DNA of 64,000 nt from Eledone cirrhosa (taxonomy: Eukaryota), in contig OZ024743.1 in assembly GCA_964016885.1 (NCBI GenBank), forward strand, positions 59,458,001 to 59,522,000, written 5' to 3'. How positions within the stretch are numbered: position 1 is the stretch's first letter; each line of letters starts with the position of its first letter. Of this stretch, positions 28,250 through 41,405 are shown piece by piece. The translations under genes were made by a program, and so were the position numbers. The notes under the pieces are model-generated. The model ran no database searches. It was not told the DNA's origin and worked only from the letters and a program-made list of their open reading frames with translations.

Positions 28250-30070
28250 GCGGACAACGCCAAGTATTCAACTTACGATACAGCTCTAACTTAGCTAGTG
28301 AAAAGCGGGACGAAAGAGAAATAATGAATATCCACCGACAGCTTGGACTTGCGAGATTATTAACTGCATCTGAAAGAAGTTCAATTTAACGAGTCGCGAT
28401 TCAAGGTCGAAATTCAACAATGAGAATATGAAGATCAAAGTGAGGTCGATAACAACCAGTGCCAAATAAAAAAAAGTATAACTTTAAGGCTGCAAATGAA
28501 ACAATTAATACGCTCACAAAAACAATGCAATCCGTCACCACACTCATTGGGGACACATCAAATACGCGTCTGCTACTCTAAGAAGATGGTATAACTATTA
28601 CCAAGACGTCAATACACACAAACTCAGACATGAAATAGTATTACAGATAATTCCAACAACACTAACAGAGGACCCGCAGATATTCCAATTTTCCAAGTGG
28701 GAGTCGTACGAGCAGAGTTCCAATTCTAATACGGAACATTCACAGGGCTGGTTAACATCACATCAGAACTCATAAAATAAGGAGGGCCAAATCATATTAA
28801 CGCCCTGACTGCTACCATGCAGACATTTTGGCAATCTAAGTAGTGGCGAAAATATTGACCCAAGTCTTGGTGTTACCCATTCCAATGGAAGGAAACTTAA
28901 GACCCTGTTGAAATATGAGAACCATCAGTGTAATTCTCCACCCTAGTAAGGTATTCCAAAATGTTCTGCTAAACATATTTATATGGAGGGAAGTAAATTC
29001 CTTGCAGAATATCAAAAAAGATTCAAGTAAAATAGGAATACTGAAGCTGTTATTTAACATCAAAGAAATGTCTGCATCAAGAACATGACTCCAGTTATAA
29101 CTTCATTGACTTCAAAAAAGCCTTTGTCCATATTTACACGAGACTCTGTGGCAGGAGATGGGAAATTACAGCATCTGTGTCAGCCACATCCAAGTAATCC
29201 AAGTACTGTACATAAACGCAGACTGAAGTTATTTTCAATAATAACTTTGTAGGCGTATTCCGGATAACAGTTGAATGTCGCAAAAGGTGACTTCTCTCTA
29301 TTGCATTTCAACAGGATATTCCTTGAACCTATCACACAAGACACACTCCGAAATTTCACATTCACTATTTGAATTCGTAGGTGCTGCATTTCAAATCTGA
29401 TGATATCGACCAATTGGGAAGCAGAGAAACAAACCACAGGGCAATGGAAAGCGTACCATGTGTACACCAAATGGAGATCAGCTCACAAAATATAAGATTC
29501 TGGATACAAATCATATAGAGAATACAGCATGATAACTTGTGTGATTTAACATCTTCAGGTGTCTAAGATGAACTTCCGCCAAAAAAGGCAAATCACTAAA
29601 GGCCTCTGCTGCAAGGACGAAGCTTAACATCATTTGGAAAAGCGACTCCAGGTTTCCAACGAGGATTAAATTATATACGTCCTTGTTAACATAGATTCTT
29701 CTGTATGAGTAGGAAAGATGAACTCTAACAGCCGACATTGAGTAAAGAATCGAGGCTTTCTACCAAATGCTCCAGAAGGTTGCAACGTTTTCTGTAAACA
29801 GAACACAAGAAAGAAGTTTGCCAGGTAGCATGTCAACTAATATGCTGGCAGAGAGTAACCTTTCCTAGTGACGGCAAACAGATGTGTTCTTGTCTACTAC
29901 AGTCACGTATCCCGCTAGTTTAGCGAAAGCGAATTACAGACAAAGAAAATCTTCCTCCGATAACTGTAGTGACTCCCATGGCTATCACCCCAAGGCTTTT
30001 CGAGGCATGACAAAGGACAATTACCAGTGACTACTGTTGAGTGAGAACACGTCCGGAGAGGCAACTTAAC
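28250..30070 (+). pseudogene. Old, degenerate non-LTR retrotransposon (RTE-like RT)
   Basis: Remnants: LPIP.EGNLRPC*N.RTISVILHPSKV (cf. KKGNL..C.NYRTISLISHPSKV), FIDFKKAF (~29102), FKSDDID (~29389, cf. FADDID). Many stops and frameshifts. Confidence 0.72.
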
Positions 30071-30709
30071 GCCCGATTGCACAATGTGTAGGAATTTTAT
30101 TGATTGACTGTTTCCTATATATTTAGATGATTATGTTGTGTGTATTTTTGTGGGTGTATTTGTGTGTCTGTGCGAGAGACTTCTGTGTGTGTGTGTCTGA
30201 ATTAATACGCATGTGTGTAAATGAAACTTTTTTACAATTTTGCTTTGGTTTACAAAGAAAGTCAGAGGCTATGTAATGTTTCTATATTTTATTTTTACAT
30301 TTTTGAATCAGACAAAATATATTATTTGCTCACAGCATTCCAATAAGTACTGGGAACATTTACTAATTAGAAAAATAATTCTATTACATTAATTATGTAA
30401 ATTTGTACACTATGTAGGAAAAAATAAACATGTTTTTATATAGTTTTACCTATTTTTATGAATCTCAGTTTGAATCGTATTCTCAGTTAATCGATATTTC
30501 CGGAACAATAAAAGATTGACAACCTCCTTTGAAATCAATTGCTCCAACATGTAGTGAATTTATGAGATTATATTTATTTTCTGTATTAAGGTACTAAAGC
30601 CGAATACGGATGCTATTATATCAAATAATCAATTACAACATCTACTGCAGTTAGCAGATAAGCTAAGGACAGGCCTAACAATATTCGAAATATGAAAATA
30701 CGGGAAGGA

Positions 30710-30862
30710 AACCGTAGTAGCGTTAATTAAAATATTGCTTAATTTTATGACAAGACTCAACAATTTCGCTGTCATTGCGATTAACAGAGTGAGAGTGTAT
30801 TAAACTGCAGCTTAACACAATGAAAACGTTTAATTCAAGAAATGATGGCTGAAACATGACAT
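30710..30862 (+). repeat. 153-bp flank duplicated at 33537-33689
   Basis: AACCGTAGTAGCG...GAAACATGACAT is present on both sides of the LTR element, with one substitution seen (ttgcga/ttccga). Confidence 0.93.
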
Positions 30863-33539
30863 TGTAGTGACCTACATTCCGCGGGCTCACATACATTCTC
30901 TGTGCGTGATTTGGCTCAGTTCAGCCAATCAGCGCCAGTAGAAGAGGATGTATCCCTACGCGCCCTGAGGAAGAAATTCCCCGCGAAGATTTGAAGAATC
31001 TCTCTCTTGTACCAGAAACTTCGAGCCAGCAACACGCATAATGTAGCAGTGAGATATTGCACCCTAGCCTCGCCGGCTTAACGGCGCAATGGCACATTCC
31101 CTTTTGTAGCCTCTTTTTATCTGTAACTTCAACCATATAAATAAACAAACATTTCATCTCTAATTACTGCGGTTGAAGTCGTTATTATGTTACTCGTGTC
31201 TCAATAACATCTTTAATCCATGCTGCTGGAATTGGCGACCTGACGAAAGGAATATTGTAAATAGATGGTAAATAGATCGAGGGACCTTCCCTCACGTCTA
31301 TGTCAACAAGATAATCCAACGAGGATACTATCACTTACCACACTGGCAACTAACGACCACTGATTCTACCACCCTGCTAAAGTGGCGATAACATCTATAA
31401 CCAATAACTGCTAAAGTGGTGACCGACGTAAGAATATCACGCAGCCCTTCTTATTCATTCAGTTTAACTTTTATTGCCACGTCGCAATTTGCGAAAATCC
31501 AGAATATTCCTTTTAAGATTTTTGAAAAATTAGCAGTATTTCAAAAACTTTTTCGCCACGAAAAAATTTCAAGATGGCTACCGACATGTCATGGCTACGC
31601 TTGACAACAGCAATGACAGCAGCAACGACAGCGTTGTTTAACCACAGACCAATACAGGGAACAGTAAGTGGCAACTTCATAACCTTACCGACGCCAACCA
31701 CCACACATCGGAAATTTCAAAACGGCTTGTAACTTTACCGACGCAACCACCATACCTTCTGTCTCGTTACCACAGGGACGCGAGAAATTGAGACAGTAGT
31801 TTTCTCACCATTATGGCGTCAGACGTGACTGCCATATTTGGTGACTCCTACTCTACAGAAGATTCTTTGACTTAACAATAAGCAACAAAACCTTCGGGAC
31901 GGTAAAATGGCCACGAAATCTCACAAAAACACCATACATCTAACCCCTAACGGCATTAACACACTTCTTTTTCAGTTTTCAGATAGAACTAGTGTCTGTA
32001 CACTGGTGATGTATGAACTATTTGACTTTGAAAAACTTTGAACTTATTGAGCAATTTCTCTGCTCCCCTAGATTGACTTTGAATTATCAGTTTGTTACAT
32101 TCACATATTTCTTTTTAGAATGCATTTACTTGTTTTGTGCTCTTTTGCTATTTGCTTTCTCATGGTTTTTGTTCATTCACATTCTTTGCTGTTTTACATG
32201 CCTGCATATGCACACATTTTTTTTATCACACACCAACATGTTGTTCTTGGTATATGTTCTTCAAACGTAATATTCTGCGAGTCCCTTTTCACCTGGTTGA
32301 GATGCTGTCACATGCTAGCAGCTCACAGAGCTTAATCCACTGGATTCAAACAGTCACCGCAACACGAGAATACTAATTGCAGCTGAACTCAAACAGCTTC
32401 GCATCTCGTTGCACACTGATCGTCCATGACGGCCATCCGTATTGTTGTTTTTGCCCGACTCGCTGGGAAAGCAACAACTTGAACTGGACTTGCCAACATT
32501 TCGGCCACTTCTGCGGATTCGCCAGAATTATGGAATTTACACTGCAACCCACCTACAGATTAAACTTGCCTTTTGTTCTTTACAAAGCAACCAGCCATTT
32601 TTTCCTGGCTCCACAGCACATTCGACAATACATCTGGGGGCCATCATTTTCTCGCCAGCACTGGTAAACTACCATAATAGCTTCGTTCACAGCTACTGGT
32701 ACAACGCTTACCATTAACAATTAATGCAAGAACAGCAACTCCGCCCATGTCAGACTTTATCCGTTTTTTGTTAGACCTTTGGCGGTCACGTATAAACAAC
32801 AAAACAACTGGTCATTTGACACAGCGGCTCAACACGGCCCGTAGCGCCTAATTTTTTGTTCTTGCATGCAACCTTCTGCTCAATTATGTTTTCACTGATG
32901 TGCTCTTTCAGCATTTGTTCTTGCTGATTTAATAATATGTGGGTCCTTGGTTTCTTCGTTATCGATTTTCGGCTGAAAATCTGGTCGGAGGTGATGTAGT
33001 GACCTACATTCCGCGGGCTCACATACATTCTCTGTGCGTGATTTGGCTCAGTTCAGCAAATCAGCGCCAGTAGAAGAGGATGTATCCCTACGCGCCCTGA
33101 GGAAGAAATTCCCCGCGCAGATTTGAAGAATCTCTCTCGTACCAGAAACTTCGAGCCAGCAACACGCATAATGTAGCAGTGAGATATTGCACCTCTAGCC
33201 TGGCCGGCTTAACGGCGCAATGGCACATTCCCTTTTGTAACCTCTTTTTATCTGTAACTTCAACCATATAAATAAACAAACATTTCATCTCTAATTACTG
33301 CGGTTGAAGTCGTTATTATGTTACTCGTGTCTCAATAACATCTTTAATCCATGCTGCTGGAATTGGCGACCTGACGAAAGGAATATTGTAAATAGATGGT
33401 AAATAGATCGAGGGACCTTCCCTCACGTCTATGTCAACAAGATAATCCAACGAGGATACTATCACTTACCACACTGGCAACTAACGACCACTGATTCTAC
33501 CACCCTGCTAAAGTGGCGATAACATCTATAACCAATAAC
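30863..33539 (+). mobile_element. Non-autonomous LTR retrotransposon (Gypsy-like); LTRs 30863-~31414 and 32995-33539
   Basis: ~550-bp near-identical direct repeats starting TGTAGTGACC, with internal AATAAA. PBS-like TGGTGACCGACGT at 31417-31429 (cf. tRNA-Trp PBS TGGTGACCCCGACGT). Purine-rich CTGGTCGGAGGTGA precedes the 3' LTR. The ~1.6-kb interior has no long ORF. Confidence 0.85.
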
Positions 33540-34431
33540 CGTAGTAGCGTTAATTAAAATATTGCTTAATTTTATGACAAGACTCAACAATTTCGCTGTC
33601 ATTCCGATTAACAGAGTGAGAGTGTATTAAACTGCAGCTTAACACAATGAAAACGTTTAATTCAAGAAATGATGGCTGAAACATGACATAATCATTCTCA
33701 GTGTGATTCAAACTGGTTTAACACTTCATTGGCATGTTAAAATTGATGAAACACACACACGTACACACATACGAACGCACACGTACACACACACATATAT
33801 AGATGACGGGTTTAGAAATGTCTTGCTCCACAATAAACTATTCCTAGACAGACACTGTAGACAGTACATCTTTCATATAAAAAGTAACTTGCTACACCCA
33901 TTATTCCTAGAGTAGACGGAGGTATCTTCTCTGGTACCGTGTGTGGCATGACAATTATGACCAGCCTTTTAAATAGAGTATTGTCCTTCTCTCAAAGTTT
34001 GATATGTCATATTGCTGTCAGATTTCTAGTGATAAAAACGATGAAATCAACTCTCTTTTAAACAGGTAGCAGGTTGCTGTCTTCAAATTGAATGATGATG
34101 TGTAGAAGTTCATAGGTTCCATTCTGTTTCAGGGCTAGAAAACTAAAATTAATATCACGATAAAATCAGAATATTCTATCCTCTTTTATATGTGTAGATT
34201 AATGTTAAAATATAATATCTACATTCTTTTCATATCATGTATATAGAGACGCCAGTTTTTCAAGCTAAGCACAATAGAAAACTATAAATCAAATAAGAAA
34301 GAGTCTGCTCGTATACACACACACATGTTAGAGCACTAACAACACACCCGGGAGCTGTGCATATCAATGAATTAACAAGGTAAAATCCATTACAACATCA
34401 TGTTTTCCTGTTTTTTATTCTGTTTCGATTC

Positions 34432-34494
34432 TTACTGCCTGATGAGGTTATAACTGTTGAATAATGGCTATCACTGAAATATATATAGCAGTAA
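34432..34494 (+). ncRNA. Intact-looking minimal hammerhead (AUAU loop)
   Basis: UUACUGC-CUGAUGA-~13-bp imperfect stem II-GAAAU AUAU AUA-GCAGUAA. Perfect 7-bp stem I; AATAAA just downstream. Confidence 0.8.
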
Positions 34495-34789
34495 ATGTGA
34501 ATAAACGAAGCTAATTTTACGCTGTTGACTTACACTTCTTATTTATATATGTATATATATCTTGGGCGGGTAAAATTCCCGAGTTCCAAATCCAGGGTTC
34601 AATCGGGGGGTAACCACAGTAAGTAAGGTACTCAATACATAGGAAAGTATAAATGATGGTTTCTCCCGAATGAAACAGTTCTAGTCTGTAGAAGTCATTT
34701 CTATATTAAATATGTATAAGCGTGAAACTAATATTAACATTTTGTACTGCAACTTCGCTTCCACGTTGTTGTTTTTTTGTTTAACGTTT

Positions 34790-34854
<65 letters not shown>

Positions 34855-34855
34855 C

Positions 34856-34920
<65 letters not shown>

Positions 34921-34936
34921 TATATATATATATATA

Positions 34937-35782
34937 CAACATTTTCCTGAGTTCAGTTTTTTTCGTCGCTATGGCAATACGGCCCGACTATCGGTTGCTG
35001 TATTTGATTTGCAAAGCTGTCTAAACGTAATGTTATAACTCTGGGGTAATATCCACCATTGAGTGCTTAGCTGCATACCGAATCTGCATTCGTTAGCTTG
35101 GCTGCTGCCAAAGACTTCGTTGAAGCTGTACTAAAATTTGTATTATTAACTCCTAGAATTAACGATTAACTGATTAATTTAATTAGACAATTCTACTGAT
35201 TGTTTAATTGTTTATTTTTGTTTGATACATTCTAGTTGAGTGCTTAATTCGGTTTGTCTAAAGGAATGTTATTACTTTGTCCCAAATTTCGAAATGATCG
35301 CCAAAACGGGGATTACCTCCCTTTGGGAAAACCACGTGTCTCTACAGAAGTTTACTGCTAGAAAATACATCCGTTGTGGAATAGAACGAAAAACGTGTTG
35401 ACGAATTAAACTCCTTTGTTCTGTCGTCAAAAGCCATTAACTTTCAGACCCCTGCATGTGGAATCTGTCGATCTCGGATTTACAGAAACCTAGCGGCGAT
35501 GTTGTATGTTATATGTGATGTGTATTGTATGCTATACGTTATGTGTTGCATTTGATGTCTACGACGGTCCAGGTCAGTCAAACATTTTTCCTGAGTTCAG
35601 TTCTTTTCGTCGCTATGGCAATGCGGCCCAACTATTGGTCGGTGTATTTGATTTGCAAAGCTGTCTAAACGTAATGTTATAACTCTGGGGTAATATCCAC
35701 CATTGAGTGCTTAGCTGTACACCGAATCTGCATTCGTTAACTTGGCTGCTGCCAAAAGCTTCGTTGATGCTGTGCTAAAATT

Positions 35783-35783
<1 letters not shown>
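34937..35783 (+). repeat. Direct duplication of ~200 bp (34937-35140 / 35581-35783); related to an unclassified repeat at ~35905-36215 (-) and ~48820-49190 (+)
   Basis: AACATTTTCCTGAGTTCAG...CTAAAATT occurs twice. 35905-36215 is the inverse of 48820-49115. The tail TTAGCTTGGC..GCCAAAG.TTCG is shared with the 48820-49190 copy. Confidence 0.75.
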
Positions 35784-35863
<80 letters not shown>

Positions 35864-36231
35864 TTGTGTGTGTGTATGTATGTATGTAAATATAAATTCA
35901 TATATATATAGGTAGGCCCTTAGAGTAATAACATACGTTTAGATAGCTTGTCAAATCGAAAATTGCGGCAGGCAGACGTAGCAACACAATACCAAAACCA
36001 ACGAAAAAACAAATCAGGTTAGACAACTGACCTAGACATATCGAACGATATTTTGCAATACGCCGATATTTTTCTATGAATGCGAAATCATCTATCCAGC
36101 TTACGTAATGTGTAAGCCTGTGGTATTCCATGATCGAACAGAGGATTCACGTCATCAAAAGTAAATCTCGTTCTATGCCTCAAGCCGACGTTAAACGTAA
36201 CGCTGAACCACTATCCTTATATATAAATATA

Positions 36232-37426
36232 TAAATGAAATAACAGGAAGCTGGACTGGTGTAAATCCTTGAAAGGTTTATTATACTAAGATCATTTCAA
36301 TGACCGGGTTCCATATGAATCCGGTGATATCATCAGGTATTGGAATATAAAAAAAGGAATATGTAAAAAGCCAGGTGGTCCGAAAAACCATGGGTCCGAG
36401 AAACCAGAGACAGAGAGGGCGGCTTCACAACCAGCCGCTCTCAAAGTGTTGGCAACCGAAAACTACCAGTGAGGGGCGTAGGCCTATCATGTACTACCCC
36501 CACTCTGTCAAAGAAGAGGGGGAAAAAAGAAAGAAAAGGAGAAAGAAATGTAGTGTAAGGGTCAAACTACATTCATGTTAGAAAATGCCGCGAAAAAAAT
36601 GCTACCCAAAGAATCTATAGTGGGTGTCTGTATGGTCTAATGTGTGAACCGAAGATTGGAACGCTAAACTTATGTTGCGAGTGATAGGATGAAATAAATT
36701 AAATTAAAAATATTATATTGCAAAATGGTAAATTGAAAAATAGAAGTAGCGAGATTTATTTATTTAACGAACTTATGGAGAGAGTCTTATATGAAAACAC
36801 TTTTTTTTTTATTTAACTCGATAAGATATTAGGATTTTTTTCATATAAGACTCTCACCGTAAGTTCGTTAAATAAATAAATCTCGCTACCTCTATTTTTC
36901 AATTTACCATTTTGCACTATAACATTTTTAATTTAATTTATTTCATCCTATAACTCGCAACATAAGTTTAGCGTTCCAATCTTCGGTTCACACATTAGAC
37001 CATACAGACACCCACTATAGATTCTTTGGGTAGCATTTTTTTCGCGGCATTTTCTAACATGAATGTAGTTTGACCCTTACATTACATTTCTTTCCCCCGT
37101 TCTTTCTTTTTTCCCCTTATTCTTTGACGGAGTCGTTGTAGTACATGACAGGCCTGTACCCCCTTACCAGATATTCACTGGTAGTTTTCGGTTGCCAACA
37201 CTTTGAGGGCGGCTGGCTGTGAAGCTAGTTGGTCAGCCGCCCTCTCTGTCTCTGGTTTCTCGGAGCCATGGTTTTTCGGACACATGGCTTTTTACATATT
37301 CCTTTGTTATATTCCAATACCTGATGATATCACCGGATTCATATGGAATCCGGTCATTGAAAAGATCATAGTATAATAAACCTTTCACGGAGTTACACCA
37401 GTCCAGCCTCCTGTTATTTCATTTAT
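36232..37426. repeat. Large fold-back (arms ~36232-36797 / ~36837-37426) with a hammerhead near each outer end
   Basis: ~570-bp inverted arms with a ~40-nt spacer; high but imperfect identity with small indels. Confidence 0.93.
37317..37374 (+). ncRNA. Hammerhead ribozyme, GAUC loop (mirror 36283-36340 -)
   Basis: AUAC-CUGAUGA-UAUC ACCGGAUUC auaug GAAUCCGGU CAUU-GAAA AGAUCA UA-GUAU, with AATAAA at 37375. Confidence 0.8.
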
Positions 37427-37566
37427 AATAAACTCCGTATGCGTACCACCAACTACACAAACGAAAATGGGTGAACTGCACTGCGTTGAGTACTCTTCAC
37501 AATATAACACCAGATTTGACCATTCGGAATGACCAGTTCTATCCAGTGGTGAAGCAACAAGCCTTA

Positions 37567-38322
<756 letters not shown>

Positions 38323-38509
38323 AAAATTGGATGAATACTTCAACAGGCACAGTGTACTTGTAGAAATATGCAAGGTGTTTATAATATTTGAGGTTCGATG
38401 GTAGTAATTTGAGATACCAGAACAATATATATGTATATGTATATGTATATATGTGTTATGTATATATATATATGTATGTAAACATATATATACATATATA
38501 TATATATCT

Positions 38510-38562
38510 GTAAGTATGTGTTTATACGTACATACATATATGTATACAGACGTATAGTAGCA

Positions 38563-38607
<45 letters not shown>

Positions 38608-39041
38608 TTACAGGTACACATACATATATGCACGTATCAGTTTAGCGGACGCTTATTATAACGCCGCTTTGTTCGTTTGTAAACAAACTGAAAAGCCTGA
38701 AGTTTTATGCCGTACGGTGTTAAGGCAACCACGTCACCTTTTTGTTCAACACTGACACAGGAACGATGTACTAGTTTCAAGCTTGTTAGCTATCATCAGC
38801 ACCGTATACCCATCTGCCAGATAGTTGAACGTTCGAAAGTATATACTTTCCTTATGAAAATTAACGGCTGAGCAGCCTAATTTGCATATCAAGTGAGCTA
38901 AGTCGGTCAGGCATGCCGAAAACGATAAGTTGAAATAAAATGAAAACGAAATTTCATTTCTCACTCTTAGGACGCTACTTACTTAAATGTAAGTACGTGT
39001 GTATACGTACATACATATATGTATACAGACGTATAGTAGCA

Positions 39042-39107
<66 letters not shown>

Positions 39108-39528
39108 CAGGTACACATAGATATATGCACGTATCAGTTTAGCGGACGCTTATTATAACGCCGCTTTGTTCGTTTGTAAACAAACTGAACAGCCTGAATT
39201 GTTATGCCGTACGGTGTTAAGGCAACCACGTCACATTTTTGTTCAACACTGACACAGGAACGATGTACTAGTTTCAAGCTTGTTAGCCATAATCAGCACC
39301 GTATACCCATCTGCCAGATAGTTGAACGTTCGAAAGTATATACTTTCCTTATGAAAATTAACGGCTGAGCAGCCTAATTTGCATATCGAGTGAGCTAAGT
39401 CGGTCAGGCATACCGAAAACGATAAAATGAAAACGAAATTTCATTTCTCACACTTAGTACGGCACTTACTTAAATGTAAGTATGTGTGTATACGAACATA
39501 CATATATGTATACAGACGTATAGTAGCA

Positions 39529-39535
<7 letters not shown>
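38510..39535 (-). mobile_element. Family A tandem dimer (period ~497 bp) with one HHR per unit; retrozyme/tandem-pLTR-like
   Basis: GAACGATGTACTAGTTTC at 38761 and 39258. The units are near-identical. Confidence 0.85.
38763..38805 (-). ncRNA. Minimal hammerhead, family A (second unit ~39260-39302 has core mutation CUGAUUA)
   Basis: ACGGUG-CUGAUGA-U AGC uaacaa GCU U-GAAA CUAG UA-CAUCGU. Confidence 0.8.
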
Positions 39536-39580
<45 letters not shown>

Positions 39581-39675
39581 TTTTGAGTTTATGTTGGTTG
39601 TATACCAACACCTCAGTATCCAGGCTGGAGCACTCGACGAAGTGCGCAGGTTGGTTTGGTTACTCCGGAGTAGTG

Positions 39676-39786
39676 TAAAATAAAGTTAAATAAAAGTCAA
39701 AAGATTAAAATTTAGCTTCGTTTATTACTGCCAGTAATAAACGAAGCTAAATTTTAATCATTTGACTTTTATTTAACTTTATTTTA
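39676..39786. repeat. 55-bp-arm palindrome centred on 39731
   Basis: TAAAATAAAG...TTTATTACTG-C-CAGTAATAAA...CTTTATTTTA; homologous to the sequence 3' of the 34432-34494 hammerhead. Confidence 0.85.
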
Positions 39787-40004
39787 TATATATATATATA
39801 TATATAATATATATATATATACATACAGGTACACATAGATATATGCACGTATCAGTTGAGCGGATGCTTATTATAACGCCGCTGTGTTCGTTTGTAAACA
39901 CTATTTAGGGTTTATAAAAATATATATAACTACAAAATGTTTTTGTATTTGCATAACCATAAATAGTATAATCAATACTATATATATATATACATATATA
40001 TATA

Positions 40005-40060
<56 letters not shown>

Positions 40061-40072
40061 TATATTCATATA

Positions 40073-40123
<51 letters not shown>

Positions 40124-40136
40124 ATATATAAATATA

Positions 40137-40191
<55 letters not shown>

Positions 40192-40248
40192 ATATATATA
40201 TATATACATATACATATATATATATATATATAAACATATATAAATATA

Positions 40249-40301
<53 letters not shown>

Positions 40302-40316
40302 ATATATATATATATA

Positions 40317-40393
<77 letters not shown>

Positions 40394-40454
40394 TCATATA
40401 TATATAAACATATATAAATATATTCATATATGTATATATATATATATATATTCA

Positions 40455-40495
<41 letters not shown>

Positions 40496-40504
40496 ATATA
40501 TATA

Positions 40505-40548
<44 letters not shown>

Positions 40549-40814
40549 TTTCGTTGCATGCATTTCTTCTTTTTCTTCGCTTTCTTTCTTTCTTTCTTTT
40601 TATAACTGTCCCTAACATTTTTCACTACCAAATCAACTTTTTAAATGGAAGTTGAAGTTGTAAGGCATGTCAAATCTATTTATTTATAAGACTGTTAATA
40701 TTGTATTTTGTCTGATGAAGGCATACCATATTTTTAATATGATATCCCTGAAATATGTATAATGAAATAAATATAGTTTTATAAATATAGTTTCCATTTA
40801 TTTAATATCGTATA

Positions 40815-40852
<38 letters not shown>

Positions 40853-40902
40853 TATATTCATATATATATATATACATATATATATATACATATATATATT
40901 CA

Positions 40903-40935
<33 letters not shown>

Positions 40936-41405
40936 TCATATATATATATATATATATATACATCATCATCAACGTTTAACGTCCGTGTTCCACGCTTGCA
41001 TGGGTTTGGACGTGGGGTTTCCCACTTGAGGCAAGAGTGATCGTCTTGCTCGCATAGGACTGTCTGGCAGGTTTTCTACAGTTGGATGCCCTTCCTAACA
41101 CCAACCACATTTACAGTGTGGGTCTGGGAGGTTTTTACCGTGTTGCCTACACGGCCAAATTACAGTGCGGACTGTGTGTTTTTTTGTCGTGACACCTACA
41201 CGATCTCATTTGTTTCGGCCTGGATGGTGTGGCACCAACATAACTTTAAATAGAAGGGGGCGATGTGGATGGGGTGGGGGTGGTGGGACGGGGGTGTATT
41301 TTTTGAGAGATGCCTACTGACTGTAGTAGGTTTTACTATGTATTTAGGTAAGGCGGGTCTTCTCTATTACTGAGTACCGCCAAAGGTCTCGGTCCAGTGA
41401 CATTG

